DNA from: Candidatus Peribacteria bacterium
GTDB taxonomy: Bacteria > Patescibacteriota > Gracilibacteria > Peribacterales > Peribacteraceae
Direction of reading: 5' to 3'
NCBI GenBank assembly: GCA_943355155.1
Contig: CALREJ010000001.1
Span: 2,785 to 66,784 of the forward strand
DNA: 64,000 nucleotides
Positions 1-8,959 of the stretch are shown one piece after another. Position 1 is the first letter of the stretch; the number at the start of each line of letters is the position of its first letter. The notes under the pieces are model-generated. The model worked only from the letters and a program-made list of their open reading frames with translations, did no database searches and was not told the origin of the DNA. A program made the position numbers and the translations under genes.

Positions 1-1137
1 TCCGCTATTTCAGAAAGCAACATCACGGATTCCTCTGTGACGATCTCGTGGTCGACGAATGAAAAAGGCGATACGCAAATCGATTACGGAGCAAACACAT
101 CGTATCTTCTTGGACCCACTACCCTCATCGATACGCCTGCCGTGAACATGACAAAAACGCACTCACAAGTAATCACGGGCTTAACTCCCGCAACGACGTA
201 CCAGTACAAAGTGAAGTCCAAAGATGCGGCCGGTAATGCCAGTGCCTGTAGCAATGATTCATTTGCCACTGCAGCCGATTCCACCGCACCGATTATCAAT
301 GACGCAAGCATCAGCGCATCACTCAATCACGCAGCGCACACAGCCACCATCACATGGACGACGAATGAAAATTCCTATTCGACCGTCGCCTATGATACGG
401 GCTATGGCACTACGGCAGATGCATCTCCGAACACTCTCACCAAAAATCACAGTGTGACACTCACAGGTCTTACGCCGAACTATCAGTACCATTATCAAGT
501 GATTTCTGCCGATGCCGCAGGGAATTCGGCGCCTTCCTCCGATAAAACATTTACGATCATCGATAATACCGCGCCACAACTTACCGCCGGACCAACCATC
601 GTATCCGTGACCGCTACCACAGCGAATATCACATGGTCTACGAATGAAAGTGCCACCACACAGGTCGATTATCGTCAAAATGGAACATTGTCATGGTCTC
701 AGTTGATTGATGGCACCCTTGTACAGGATCATCTTGCCGCTATCACCGGTATCGGTCAGGTCGGTCAGAATATGACGTACGATTATCGCATCAAGAGTAT
801 CGACGGAGGTGGAAATCCCTTCACCGATTCCATTCGCACCTTCTCGACAGATGGTGTTGCGCCGACGATCACCGTCCCACCCGCAGCATCTGTCATCACC
901 CAAACCACCGCGACGATCACATGGGATACCAATGAAAATGCGACATCTCTGGTCGAATATGGTCTCACAACCGGCTATGGATTATTCAGTACTCAAAATA
1001 TTGTGGTAACCACAAGCCACAACCGCGGCCTCACCGGCCTCACCGCAGGACAAACCTACAACTACCGCGTCATCAGTATCGATGCCGCAGGAAATCAGAC
1101 GGTCTCGGGGAATGGCACGTTTGCTACGTTGCCGTAG
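1..1137 (+). CDS. Surface/secreted protein fragment built of tandem fibronectin-III / purple-acid-phosphatase-N-like repeats (5' end lies outside the window)
   Basis: Frame 1 is open from nt 1; the listed M at 37 is an internal GTG. Stop TAG at 1135-1137. About four ~95-aa repeats share the pattern TI(T/S)W(T/S)TNE..(S/T)..V.Y, then H...(I/L)TGL.P.T.Y.Y(K/Q/R)V.S.DAAGN. Confidence 0.8.
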   Translation, partial: SAISESNITDSSVTISWSTNEKGDTQIDYGANTSYLLGPTTLIDTPAVNMTKTHSQVITGLTPATTYQYKVKSKDAAGNASACSNDSFATAADSTAPIINDASISASLNHAAHTATITWTTNENSYSTVAYDTGYGTTADASPNTLTKNHSVTLTGLTPNYQYHYQVISADAAGNSAPSSDKTFTIIDNTAPQLTAGPTIVSVTATTANITWSTNESATTQVDYRQNGTLSWSQLIDGTLVQDHLAAITGIGQVGQNMTYDYRIKSIDGGGNPFTDSIRTFSTDGVAPTITVPPAASVITQTTATITWDTNENATSLVEYGLTTGYGLFSTQNIVVTTSHNRGLTGLTAGQTYNYRVISIDAAGNQTVSGNGTFATLP

Positions 1138-1202
1138 AAATATAAAACGCCGCACCCACCACTTCGGCAAGCTCGCTTCTGATGCGACGTTTTAACAAAA
1201 CT

Positions 1203-1228
1203 CCAGTAGCACCCGTTCCCGGGTGCGG
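1203..1228. repeat. Short hairpin-forming intergenic repeat, copy 1 (ccagtagcacccgttcccgggtgcgg)
   Basis: 26 nt, identical except one base to 7792-7817. Contains stem gcaccc/gggtgc. Lies between the convergent ends of the Fn3-repeat gene and the 1247-1672 ORF. Confidence 0.7.
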
Positions 1229-1246
1229 CGTGATTGTTCTTTTCAA

Positions 1247-1672
1247 TTAACTCAGCGCCATCCTCACAAAGTACAAACTCTTTCCATCATTCGTATCGAG
1301 GATGAATTTTGCGTCGAGGGTGGTGAGCTGGATGATTGTTTGGCACATGCGAAGCAGCATCCGTGGGGGGATTCCGATGCCGGATTCGAGACATGCAGCG
1401 CAGAGCCCTGCAGCATCTTTCGAACGCAAATACGCATCGCCGACATTATCAATTATTTTGCAGAGCGATTCCTGCACCTCCAGCACGAAATGCTCGACGT
1501 AATTTTCGAGTTGCTCGACAGGCAAGTCCTGTACTTCGGGAAGTGCCTCGATGATGTCGAGGTCTTTATGAATCGCATGAGCGATACAGGTTTCAATGGA
1601 CATAAAATTTTTGGGGTGTGTGTTTGTGTCGAGAAATCCACTCAGTATAGCAAAAATCCGCATTTTTTTCAA
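1247..1672 (-). CDS. Hypothetical protein (141 aa)
   Basis: ATG start (MKKMRIF...). The convergent intergenic space holds the hairpin repeat, and 64 nt of divergent spacer precede the next gene. A + strand ORF (1223-1729) lies in exact antisense codon register, so strand choice is uncertain. Confidence 0.45.
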   Translation of the reverse strand: MKKMRIFAILSGFLDTNTHPKNFMSIETCIAHAIHKDLDIIEALPEVQDLPVEQLENYVEHFVLEVQESLCKIIDNVGDAYLRSKDAAGLCAACLESGIGIPPRMLLRMCQTIIQLTTLDAKFILDTNDGKSLYFVRMALS

Positions 1673-1736
1673 GGGCTTCAGACTGGCACAGTGACGTGCG
1701 ACTCGCTCGTCTCTACGGAAGCTGTATAGTCCACAT

Positions 1737-2252
1737 ATGCGTTACTCGATTGTTTCCATTTTGGTCGCCTTTCTCTTCATTCCTCTCGCTTTCGCCCACA
1801 GTGACCTACCGTCTTTTGAAAAAACGGTTGATGGATATTTGATCGATGTTGGCTACAGCATTGAGCATCCCGAACCAAAGCAGGACGTTCGCTTCACGTT
1901 CGATCTGTACAGCGGTACCGGCGATGCAATCGCTTTTGCACCATTCAAGGCTGTCACTTTTACCGTGTCACATGAAGGAGAAACGGTCTTTACGAAAACT
2001 CTGCAAAATGTTGCTCCGAATGTTCCCGCACTTACGTATGCCTTTCCGGAGAGTGACACATACGATATCGGCATTTCCTACGAACGTGCAGATGGAAAAA
2101 GTGAGGCGACCTTTCAGTTGCCGGTTGGCGCGACTTCCGCACACGGACATGTCGATAGCGTCTGGGATGAGCGTATGCATTATATTCTCGGCACAGGGCT
2201 CTTCCTTTTCGCCGCCTTTTGTATTGTCGTGATGATTCGTCAGCGAGTCTGA
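1737..2252 (+). CDS. Hypothetical exported protein with N-terminal signal peptide and C-terminal TM anchor
   Basis: N-terminus MRYSIVSILVAFLFIPLAFAHS is signal-like. C-terminus ILGTGLFLFAAFCIVVMIRQR is a hydrophobic helix plus basic tail. No family recognised. Confidence 0.7.
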   Translation: MRYSIVSILVAFLFIPLAFAHSDLPSFEKTVDGYLIDVGYSIEHPEPKQDVRFTFDLYSGTGDAIAFAPFKAVTFTVSHEGETVFTKTLQNVAPNVPALTYAFPESDTYDIGISYERADGKSEATFQLPVGATSAHGHVDSVWDERMHYILGTGLFLFAAFCIVVMIRQRV

Positions 2253-2257
2253 TCCTT

Positions 2258-2629
2258 TTAGCACGTCATGCATGCACACACTCGGTCGACAATTCCGTCG
2301 AGCTTCATTTCGTGTTTGATCAGACATTCCTTCACGCCGTATTTCTGGCATCGCGCGTAGTTTTCTTCTGTGAGTGAATTGGTGAGCACGACAACCGGAA
2401 TCGACAGATTATGTGACTGCATAAATTCGAGGACAGAAAATCCGTCACCTTGGGGCATCCGAAGATCGAGTACCACAACGTCAGGGCTTTTTTCCTCAAT
2501 CTGTGAAATCGCCGTCGTGCCATTGTTCGCACTAATGACGGTGAGGTTTCGTTCCGACTGTTCGCATCCCAAATGAAACAGCTGCGTGATGAGTGTGTCG
2601 TCGTCTGCGATCAGAATGGTTTTGGACAT
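2258..2629 (-). CDS. Stand-alone response-regulator receiver protein (CheY-like, 123 aa)
   Basis: MSKTILIADDD...VVVLDLRMPQGDGFSVLEF...PVVVLT gives the acidic pocket and phospho-acceptor Asp pattern. ATG at 2627-2629. The 288-aa form in the ORF track would overlap the opposite-strand membrane gene and is Lys/Arg-rich junk. Confidence 0.85.
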   Translation of the reverse strand: MSKTILIADDDTLITQLFHLGCEQSERNLTVISANNGTTAISQIEEKSPDVVVLDLRMPQGDGFSVLEFMQSHNLSIPVVVLTNSLTEENYARCQKYGVKECLIKHEMKLDGIVDRVCACMTC

Positions 2630-2704
2630 GGATGTGTGGGGAATGTTTCTGATCATTATAGCATGCATCACGTATTTTCGCCAGAGATACGCTAGTATGT
2701 TTCT

Positions 2705-4300
2705 GTGATTTTCCCGTTCAAGAAGCGCGCATTTCTTTTTCCTTTCACTGCGTCTGCTGTTTTTCTCAGCTTTCTTGTTTTGGGATTTTTTGTGCACGGA
2801 GATTTCGGAGTATCCGAAGACGAACCCGCGATGATGCGGTTTGGAAACGAAACGATTTTTCATTTTCTCGGTGTTGCGCCCGAGCCCGCAACAGTCGACT
2901 GGAAATTTCATAGTCCGCTGGTTTCTGTTGTAATGGTGATTGTGCAAATTCTTTCGCATGCAGTGAATGGATCGGACATTTGGCCTGTGCGTCACGGTGT
3001 CACATTTTTGTTTTTCTTTTTCACCGTTCTGACATTCTTCTTCATCGCACGACGAAGATATCACCGGTGGATGGCACTCATCGGCAGCATCTTCTTTATC
3101 CTCAGTCCCCGCGTCTTTGCTCACGGCATGTATAACCCGAAGGACATTCCTGCGCTGTTTTTTTTCACACTCGGCGTTCTGACATTCCTTCGTCTCCGCG
3201 AAAAATGGAGCATGTCCAGATTGGCCTTACATGCACTCGCTTGTGCGTTCTTACTCAGTTTGCGCACATTTGGACTTCTCCTCATTGTCTTCACGCTGTG
3301 GTCGATTCTGGCAGATTGTAGCAATGGGAAAATCTTGCAAAAGAAGATCTTATCACGCGCAGGATTATTTCTCACATGGCTGATCGTGCTCACGATTGCT
3401 GTGTGGCCGAGACTGTGGACGCACTCACTCGCGCATTTTCTTGAAGCTTTGCACAATAATACCTCTCGCGGTGGGGGAGGGCTGTATCTTGGGTCAATCT
3501 ATACAAGTACGCCGTGGCATTACGTTCCGGTCTGGATATTCATCACGACGCCGCTTCTTTATTCAGTGTCTGCGCTGATCGGAGCGATCGCAATTATTCG
3601 CTCCACAATTCTCAAACCTTTCGATACTCTCAGAAAATTTCCACATGAGTTCCTCTTTTTTCTGTGGTTCATGGCACCGATCATTGCCGTGCCGATTTTC
3701 CACATCGGACTTTTTAATGAATGGCGACACGTGCTCTTTATCTATCCTGCGTTACTTCTGCTCTCGCTCGAAGGAATCACTGTGCTCATGGAGGCATTAC
3801 AAGAAGTGAAGATTCCAAAGCGCATCGTGAACATTGTTCTCGTGTGGCTTATCGCAGCGTCCACACTCTCAACGGGATTCTGGATGCTCCGCAATCATCC
3901 GATGGAATATATGTATTTCAGCGTGCCGACGAGCTTGGTCAAGGGTCGATTTGAAATGGACTATTGGCATCTGTCGTATCGTCCTGCGCTCGAAGAATTG
4001 GTGAAGTTGCAACCAACCGGTTCTATCAAAGTCTACGTCAGCGCAAATGTCGCGCTTGGCTCTGCGATGTCACTTTCGCGCGCAGACAGAGAACGAATAG
4101 AGTTTGTAAATGCGGACATCGCGGACTATATCGTCGATGATTTTTATACGAATAATTATCAGCCTCGCATTCCTCTCGATAAAGCTTTGCGCGTCATCAG
4201 TGTCGATCATATTCCGGTTGCTGCGATTTACCGTGGTCCCGATACGGCGCATATTTTTCCGGAGTTTGGGGAGAGTGCGGTGCTGCCGAGGGATCGGTGA
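2705..4300 (+). CDS. Polytopic membrane protein, probably a GT-C (family 39/83, ArnT/PMT-like) glycosyltransferase
   Basis: 531 aa with about 10 or more hydrophobic segments. An acidic DE motif sits in the first loop (GVSEDEP), and a soluble C-terminal domain follows. Assignment rests on architecture only. Confidence 0.6.
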   Translation: MIFPFKKRAFLFPFTASAVFLSFLVLGFFVHGDFGVSEDEPAMMRFGNETIFHFLGVAPEPATVDWKFHSPLVSVVMVIVQILSHAVNGSDIWPVRHGVTFLFFFFTVLTFFFIARRRYHRWMALIGSIFFILSPRVFAHGMYNPKDIPALFFFTLGVLTFLRLREKWSMSRLALHALACAFLLSLRTFGLLLIVFTLWSILADCSNGKILQKKILSRAGLFLTWLIVLTIAVWPRLWTHSLAHFLEALHNNTSRGGGGLYLGSIYTSTPWHYVPVWIFITTPLLYSVSALIGAIAIIRSTILKPFDTLRKFPHEFLFFLWFMAPIIAVPIFHIGLFNEWRHVLFIYPALLLLSLEGITVLMEALQEVKIPKRIVNIVLVWLIAASTLSTGFWMLRNHPMEYMYFSVPTSLVKGRFEMDYWHLSYRPALEELVKLQPTGSIKVYVSANVALGSAMSLSRADRERIEFVNADIADYIVDDFYTNNYQPRIPLDKALRVISVDHIPVAAIYRGPDTAHIFPEFGESAVLPRDR

Positions 4301-4307
4301 TGCTTGC

Positions 4308-4637
4308 TTAGTCCGCAGTGGTGATGCCATTCTTTTCCGCATAGTCCACTTTGTCCGATGCCTGCAATACACCGATCACCTCATCAACGGATCGGGTCGG
4401 ATCAAAACGCATCAATAGTTCATATTGGCTGATGGTTGTTGCGATTGTTGCATTGATACTCGAAGCGACTGCATTCATGTCGTCAGAGGTTGTTCCTTCT
4501 TTGAATCCGACGATCACTTCACCCGACACAAATGAGTTTTCATTTTTTGTGTCTTCCAACGGTTTGGGTGTCAATGAACAGCCGACCAGAAGGACTGCGG
4601 TGACAAGTATTGATTGTTTCAGAGATACTCGATTCAT
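4308..4637 (-). CDS. Small lipoprotein with subtilase-propeptide (inhibitor I9)-like domain
   Basis: Lipobox LLVGC after the signal sequence. VIVGFKEGTTSDDMNAV...VDYAEKN resembles the peptidase S8 N-terminal propeptide. Confidence 0.65.
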   Translation of the reverse strand: MNRVSLKQSILVTAVLLVGCSLTPKPLEDTKNENSFVSGEVIVGFKEGTTSDDMNAVASSINATIATTISQYELLMRFDPTRSVDEVIGVLQASDKVDYAEKNGITTAD

Positions 4638-4702
4638 ATTCGGGATACTACCGAGGGATCGGATAAATACAAATTATTCCATTGATGCAACACGTTCTCG
4701 AT

Positions 4703-4778
4703 GGAGCCGCTGACCGGATTTGAACCGGTGACCCTAGGTTTACGATACCTATGCTCTACCAGCTGAGCTACAGCGGCC
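4703..4778 (-). tRNA. tRNA-Thr (anticodon CGU), CCA encoded
   Basis: The reverse complement folds as a cloverleaf: GCCGCTG TA GCTC AGCTGGTA GAGC A TAGGT ATCGTAA ACCTA GGGTC ACCGG TTCAAAT CCGGT CAGCGGC T CCA. 76 nt. Confidence 0.95.
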
Positions 4779-4990
4779 TATAACGAAGGTGTGTGAAAGT
4801 ACAGGATCCCATTTTCTGGGGCTCGCCGCGGCGTAGTCTCGAAACGCTCGAGCGTTGCGGACGAAGCCGGGGCGTTCTGCACTAGGAAAGAACGGTCGGA
4901 AGGGCTCCATTGTGAGGAATTCTCGGCGTGTCGGCAAGGTAATTCTTGGAACAGTTTTGGATCATGCGTGACTCGGTCTAGAGTGACTCT

Positions 4991-6073
4991 ATGAAGTCTG
5001 AAACCATGCTTCTCTGGTGGTGGCTCAATGTCCTTACTTTCAAGCGGTACCAAGCGCTGAAACAGGTCTTTGGCGATCTCGATGCTGCCCTTACCGAGCT
5101 CTCTCCCGCGATGCTCAAAGAGCTGGGCTTAAAACAGGAAAGTATTGAAGCGGCGTTTGTGCGGCTCGATGAATTTGATGCTCCTTCGTACCTCGGTCAC
5201 ATGAAGCGACTCGGGGTCGAGTTACTCTCGATTGAGGATGAACAGTATCCTGTGAGACTTCGGGAGATTGGTGATGCGCCGGTTTTTCTGTCGTATCGCG
5301 GTGATCTCAGTCTTCTCGATCAGCCGATGATCGGAGTCGTCGGCACGCGCGCAATGAGTGCGTACGGCAAACGTATCGTCGAGCATTTTGTGCCGGCATT
5401 TGTCCGTGCGGGACTTGTGACTGTGAGTGGGCTTGCGCTTGGAGTGGACGCTGTTGTCGCAGAGGAGACGTTGCACGCAGGAGGAAAAACGATTGCGGTA
5501 CTCGGACATGGACTCGCGAATGTGTACCCCAGCAGCAATGCAAAACTCGCGCAAAAAATCCTCACGTCCGGAGGGTTGATCCTCAGTGAATTTCCTTTGG
5601 AACTTCCTCCCGATAAATATACGTTTCCTGCTCGCAATAGAATCATTGCAGGGCTCACTGAAGGAACACTCATCTGCGAGGCACCGGAAGCGAGTGGATC
5701 GATTATCACGGCGGAACTCGCACTTGAATATAGCCGCGATGTGTTTATCGTCCCGGGAATCATCTTCGATGAAAATTTTGCGGGTTGTCACAGGCTCATT
5801 TCTGAAGGAAGGGGAAAACTCGTTACACATCCCGATCAAGTATTACGCGAGATCGGCGTGATCGCCCCGACAACAGAAAAAAGAATCGAGTACACGCCAA
5901 CCTCTCCGACAGAAGCTGCGATTTTCACTGCTCTTACGACGATGCCGCAGGCGATGGATGAGTTGGTGGAAAAGACCGGATTATCTTCACCGGTCATCAG
6001 CAGCACACTCACGATGCTGGAACTCAGTAGCGTCGCGCGGAATGTCGGAGGTGGGCAGTGGGTTCGGTGTTAA
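4991..6073 (+). CDS. dprA: DNA-processing protein DprA/Smf
   Basis: GVVGTRAMSAYG, VSGLALGVDAVVAE, AVLGHGL..VYPSSN, FPARNRIIAGL and the C-terminal winged-helix region are typical DprA motifs. Confidence 0.9.
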   Translation: MKSETMLLWWWLNVLTFKRYQALKQVFGDLDAALTELSPAMLKELGLKQESIEAAFVRLDEFDAPSYLGHMKRLGVELLSIEDEQYPVRLREIGDAPVFLSYRGDLSLLDQPMIGVVGTRAMSAYGKRIVEHFVPAFVRAGLVTVSGLALGVDAVVAEETLHAGGKTIAVLGHGLANVYPSSNAKLAQKILTSGGLILSEFPLELPPDKYTFPARNRIIAGLTEGTLICEAPEASGSIITAELALEYSRDVFIVPGIIFDENFAGCHRLISEGRGKLVTHPDQVLREIGVIAPTTEKRIEYTPTSPTEAAIFTALTTMPQAMDELVEKTGLSSPVISSTLTMLELSSVARNVGGGQWVRC

Positions 6074-6122
6074 ACATCACATTGGTGTCTTTCGGTGCTC
6101 GCGATACAATGCGGCTACTTTC

Positions 6123-6932
6123 ATGTTCTCACAGATCGCAACAGTCGGCCAACTTTTCACACAGTCATTCAGGACTGTTCGGGTTCGGAAAAATGTTTTT
6201 TTGTACGGTGCGCTGATTTTTTCTCTGATGAATGTTCTCATGCAGTCACTCCTCAACGCTGCGGATTATTTGTTCAGTCATCAACCGTCTGTCACCTTAA
6301 TGCTCGCAACATTTCTGCTTTTGATCGTGATTGTCGCGATGATGTTTTTGAATGTTCTCTATTATCTCATTACGGTGCTCGAGAAAGAATCCACCGTTCG
6401 TCATTCCCTGCGCCACGCTTTCTCTGTGTTTCCTCGAATGTATGGCCTCGCTTTTTGTGTGTGCATGCGTTCCTTTGTGTGGATCTGCTTTCTCGGTTTT
6501 CTCATTTCCTTTGCAGGAAAAAATTATGAACTCCTCGCGTATATTGTCACCGCAGTAGGGCTTATTATGACCGCGCTTCGATTGCCGGTATTTTTACTCG
6601 CGCCGATTTTGCTGCTGAGCGGTGAGAGCGTGCGTACATCGATGGAGATGAGTATCGCGAGAACGCGTGGTCATTGGCAGGATATTATCAGTCATACGAC
6701 AATTATGATTGTGGCTTTGTTCAGCGCATTTTTCTTGATCGGTCTTGTGTTCTTTGCATTGCTTTCTTTGCCTTCGATACTTGGCATTCCTTTTAGTGAG
6801 ATGGTGACGCTCTTGGGAATTTTTCTCCTCCTCGCATTTCTTATCTACCTCAATCAATTACTCCTTGGCTACGCGACTGCGTTTATGGTTGCCTTGGCAG
6901 ACAGCGTGATTGCGCATCCCAAAAAAACGTAG
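6123..6932 (+). CDS. Hypothetical polytopic membrane protein
   Basis: ATG at 6123 (MFSQIATVGQ...) removes the overlap with dprA that the 5958 start would create. About six hydrophobic helices. Stop TAG 6930-6932. Confidence 0.7.
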   Translation: MFSQIATVGQLFTQSFRTVRVRKNVFLYGALIFSLMNVLMQSLLNAADYLFSHQPSVTLMLATFLLLIVIVAMMFLNVLYYLITVLEKESTVRHSLRHAFSVFPRMYGLAFCVCMRSFVWICFLGFLISFAGKNYELLAYIVTAVGLIMTALRLPVFLLAPILLLSGESVRTSMEMSIARTRGHWQDIISHTTIMIVALFSAFFLIGLVFFALLSLPSILGIPFSEMVTLLGIFLLLAFLIYLNQLLLGYATAFMVALADSVIAHPKKT

Positions 6933-6954
6933 AGACGTCCGGTGCGGACGTCTC
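6932..6954 (+). terminator. Hairpin directly after the stop of the 6123-6932 gene (gagacgtccg gtg cggacgtctc)
   Basis: Perfect 10-bp stem with a 3-nt loop, starting in the stop codon. No clear T-run. Confidence 0.5.
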
Positions 6955-6971
6955 CCGCTCGTCGTTACGAA

Positions 6972-6992
6972 AGACGTGCGCTCCGCACGTCT
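6972..6992 (-). terminator. Hairpin directly after the tpiA stop (agacgtgcg ctc cgcacgtct)
   Basis: Perfect 9-bp stem abutting the tpiA stop (6993-6995). Its sequence is related to the neighbouring hairpin. Confidence 0.5.
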
Positions 6993-7718
6993 CTACAAGG
7001 CGCTGTTCACAATCTTCCCAAATGCCACAGGATCCAGTGACGCCGCACCGACGAGTCCGCCATCAATATTTTTTTGCGAGAGTAAATCTTTCGCATTTTC
7101 CGGCTTCATCGAACCTCCATAGATAATTCTCATATCATTTTGCAATTCCTCCGACAGGAGTGATCGGATGTATGCATGCATCTCCTCGGCATCCGTGGGC
7201 GTAGCTGTTTTTCCCGTGCCGATCGCCCAGACGGGCTCATATGCAATCACGAGATTGCGAGCTTGTAGCTGGTGGCTGGTGGCTAGCAGCACCGTTTCCA
7301 ATTGTCTCTTCACCACTTCCTTCGCTTGACCCATTTCGCGCTCGTCGGCGGTTTCGCCGATGCAGAGGATGGGGATGAGTCCACAGTCGATTGCTGCGAT
7401 AACTTGCTCAGCGACAAATGCATCACTTTCACTGTGATGGATTCGTCGTTCCGAATGTCCGCAGAGAACATAGGTGCAGCCACTCGTTTTGATCTGCTTC
7501 ATGCTCTCGTCTCCGGTAAATGCACCCTTTTCCTCCGGCCTTCCATACTGTGCACCGACGATCAATTCTGCCTTGGTACATTTTTCGATATCGAGGAATG
7601 TCGGAAAAATGACGACATCCACATCACTTTTTGTTCTGTAGGAAGAATCCTTCGCGTCGAATCCCGTTGGAGCATTGTTCATTTTCCAGTTTGCTGCGAT
7701 GAGTTTTTTTCTGAGCAT
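6993..7718 (-). CDS. tpiA: Triosephosphate isomerase
   Basis: AANWKMN, CGHSERR and AYEPVWAIGTGKTAT motifs. Confidence 0.95.
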   Translation of the reverse strand: MLRKKLIAANWKMNNAPTGFDAKDSSYRTKSDVDVVIFPTFLDIEKCTKAELIVGAQYGRPEEKGAFTGDESMKQIKTSGCTYVLCGHSERRIHHSESDAFVAEQVIAAIDCGLIPILCIGETADEREMGQAKEVVKRQLETVLLATSHQLQARNLVIAYEPVWAIGTGKTATPTDAEEMHAYIRSLLSEELQNDMRIIYGGSMKPENAKDLLSQKNIDGGLVGAASLDPVAFGKIVNSAL

Positions 7719-7791
7719 GAGGGGAGTGTAGCATTCAAACGCCGCAGCCGCGAAGGGCTGCTTCTGAAGGTGTTTGCTGAATATATATAAC

Positions 7792-7817
7792 CCAGTAGCA
7801 CCCGTTCCTGGGTGCGG
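7792..7817. repeat. Short hairpin-forming intergenic repeat, copy 2 (ccagtagcacccgttcctgggtgcgg)
   Basis: Matches 1203-1228 with one C/T difference in the loop. Lies 28 nt upstream of the rpiB ATG, in the tpiA/rpiB divergent region. Confidence 0.7.
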
Positions 7818-7845
7818 AATAAAAAATAGTGTACAATTCCCTTCG

Positions 7846-8292
7846 ATGACCCACCCCTCACGCGTTGTACTGGCTACCGATCATGCGGGCTTTTCCCTCA
7901 AAGAAGCTGTGAAAAAGCATCTCGCAGAAAAGGGGATCGATGTCATCGACGTTGGTACTTTTTCAGACGAACAGGTCGATTATCCCGAGATCATGCGGAA
8001 AGGTGCGGCTGTAGTACTGGAATATGAATGCCCCGGAATTTTCTTTGGCAAGAGCGGAAATGGCGAGGCGATGGCTGCGAATAAGGTGCGGGGGATTCGG
8101 GCTGCGGTGTGTTATAACGAAGAGATCACAAAGCTCGCGCGCGAACATAACGATGCGAATGTGATGAGTATTGGTGCGGGATTTTTGAAAGAGGCCGATG
8201 CATTCAGACTCATCGATATTTTCCTAACGACAGAATTTGTAGGAGGGCGACACGTTGCTCGGATTGCGGATTTGGAAATTCCTTTATTATGA
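7846..8292 (+). CDS. rpiB: Ribose-5-phosphate isomerase B (RpiB/LacAB family)
   Basis: VLATDHAGF...VDYP...GIFFGKSGNGEAMAANK..GIRAA...AREHNDANV. I chose the ATG at 7846 (MTHPSR...) because the longer ORF would read through the intergenic hairpin repeat. Confidence 0.9.
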   Translation: MTHPSRVVLATDHAGFSLKEAVKKHLAEKGIDVIDVGTFSDEQVDYPEIMRKGAAVVLEYECPGIFFGKSGNGEAMAANKVRGIRAAVCYNEEITKLAREHNDANVMSIGAGFLKEADAFRLIDIFLTTEFVGGRHVARIADLEIPLL

Positions 8293-8326
8293 CACTTCGA
8301 GCGTCCTCAGTGTGACACAGTACATT

Positions 8327-8959
8327 ATGATTCTTGTTACCCCCTCCATCCTCTCGGCAGATCTCGCGCATCTTCAAAAAGAAGTGGATACTATTTCTTC
8401 TGCAGATTGGATACAGGTGGATGTCATGGATGGGCATTTTGTGCCAAATCTCAGTTTCGGTGCGCCGGTGATTAAAAATCTGAAAACTAAATTGCCCCTC
8501 GATATTCATTTGATGGTGAGTAATCCTGCAGATCGCATCGCAGAATTTCTCGCATTGAAGGTTGCGAACATCACTTTCCACGCCGAAGCAGTGATGGATA
8601 CCAATTCACGTCGAGCCCTGATGGAAGCCATTCGCAGGGGCAAGACTACCGCGGGCATAGCACTCAATCCGGAAACCCCGATTGATGCGATATGGGATAT
8701 TGTCGATGACATTGATCTCGTACTTCTGATGTCTGTGAATCCGGGATTTGGCGGTCAGCAGTTCATCACGTCAGTGTTAGAAAAAGCTCGAGCTCTCCGA
8801 CTCGCACATCCGGACCTCATGATTCAGATCGACGGTGGTATCAATGAAGAGACAGCAGCACTCGCCCGCGAGGCAGGGTGTAATAATCTCGTTGCAGGAA
8901 GTTTCATTTTTTCCGCAGCAGATAGGGCTGAAGCGATTTTAAAAATTCGAGGAGTATGA
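8327..8959 (+). CDS. rpe: Ribulose-phosphate 3-epimerase
   Basis: PSILSADLAHL, VDVMDGHFVPNLSFG, MSVNPGFGGQ.F and IQIDGGIN motifs. ATG at 8327. Confidence 0.9.
   Translation: MILVTPSILSADLAHLQKEVDTISSADWIQVDVMDGHFVPNLSFGAPVIKNLKTKLPLDIHLMVSNPADRIAEFLALKVANITFHAEAVMDTNSRRALMEAIRRGKTTAGIALNPETPIDAIWDIVDDIDLVLLMSVNPGFGGQQFITSVLEKARALRLAHPDLMIQIDGGINEETAALAREAGCNNLVAGSFIFSAADRAEAILKIRGV

Noticed and set aside
1223-1729. 168-aa + strand ORF in exact antisense codon register with the 1247-1672 minus ORF
   Set aside because: It needs a GTG start inside the intergenic hairpin repeat, is unusually Cys-rich (GVCVCVEK) and has no nearby ATG. The codon-like appearance is explained by antisense symmetry of the preferred codons (gag/ctc, gac/gtc, gat/atc). 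I cannot fully exclude it, so the chosen minus-strand CDS carries low confidence.
2630-3124. N-terminal 165-aa extension of the response-regulator ORF (288-aa form)
   Set aside because: The extension is Lys/Arg/His-rich low-complexity sequence antisense to the membrane glycosyltransferase gene. The receiver domain starts cleanly at the ATG at 2627-2629.
4779-4990. GC-rich 210-nt spacer between tRNA-Thr and dprA, considered as an SRP or other small RNA (gaacggtcggaagggctcc resembles the GGAA-tetraloop region of SRP helix 8)
   Set aside because: The flanking AGCA/GGAAG symmetric-loop motifs of SRP RNA are absent and I could not build a consistent long helix. The two ORFs listed here (62 and 91 aa) are not protein-like. 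I treat it as a promoter region.
5958-6122. Upstream part of the 324-aa ORF overlapping the dprA 3' end
   Set aside because: It overlaps dprA by 116 nt in another frame. The hydrophobic membrane protein begins naturally at the ATG at 6123.
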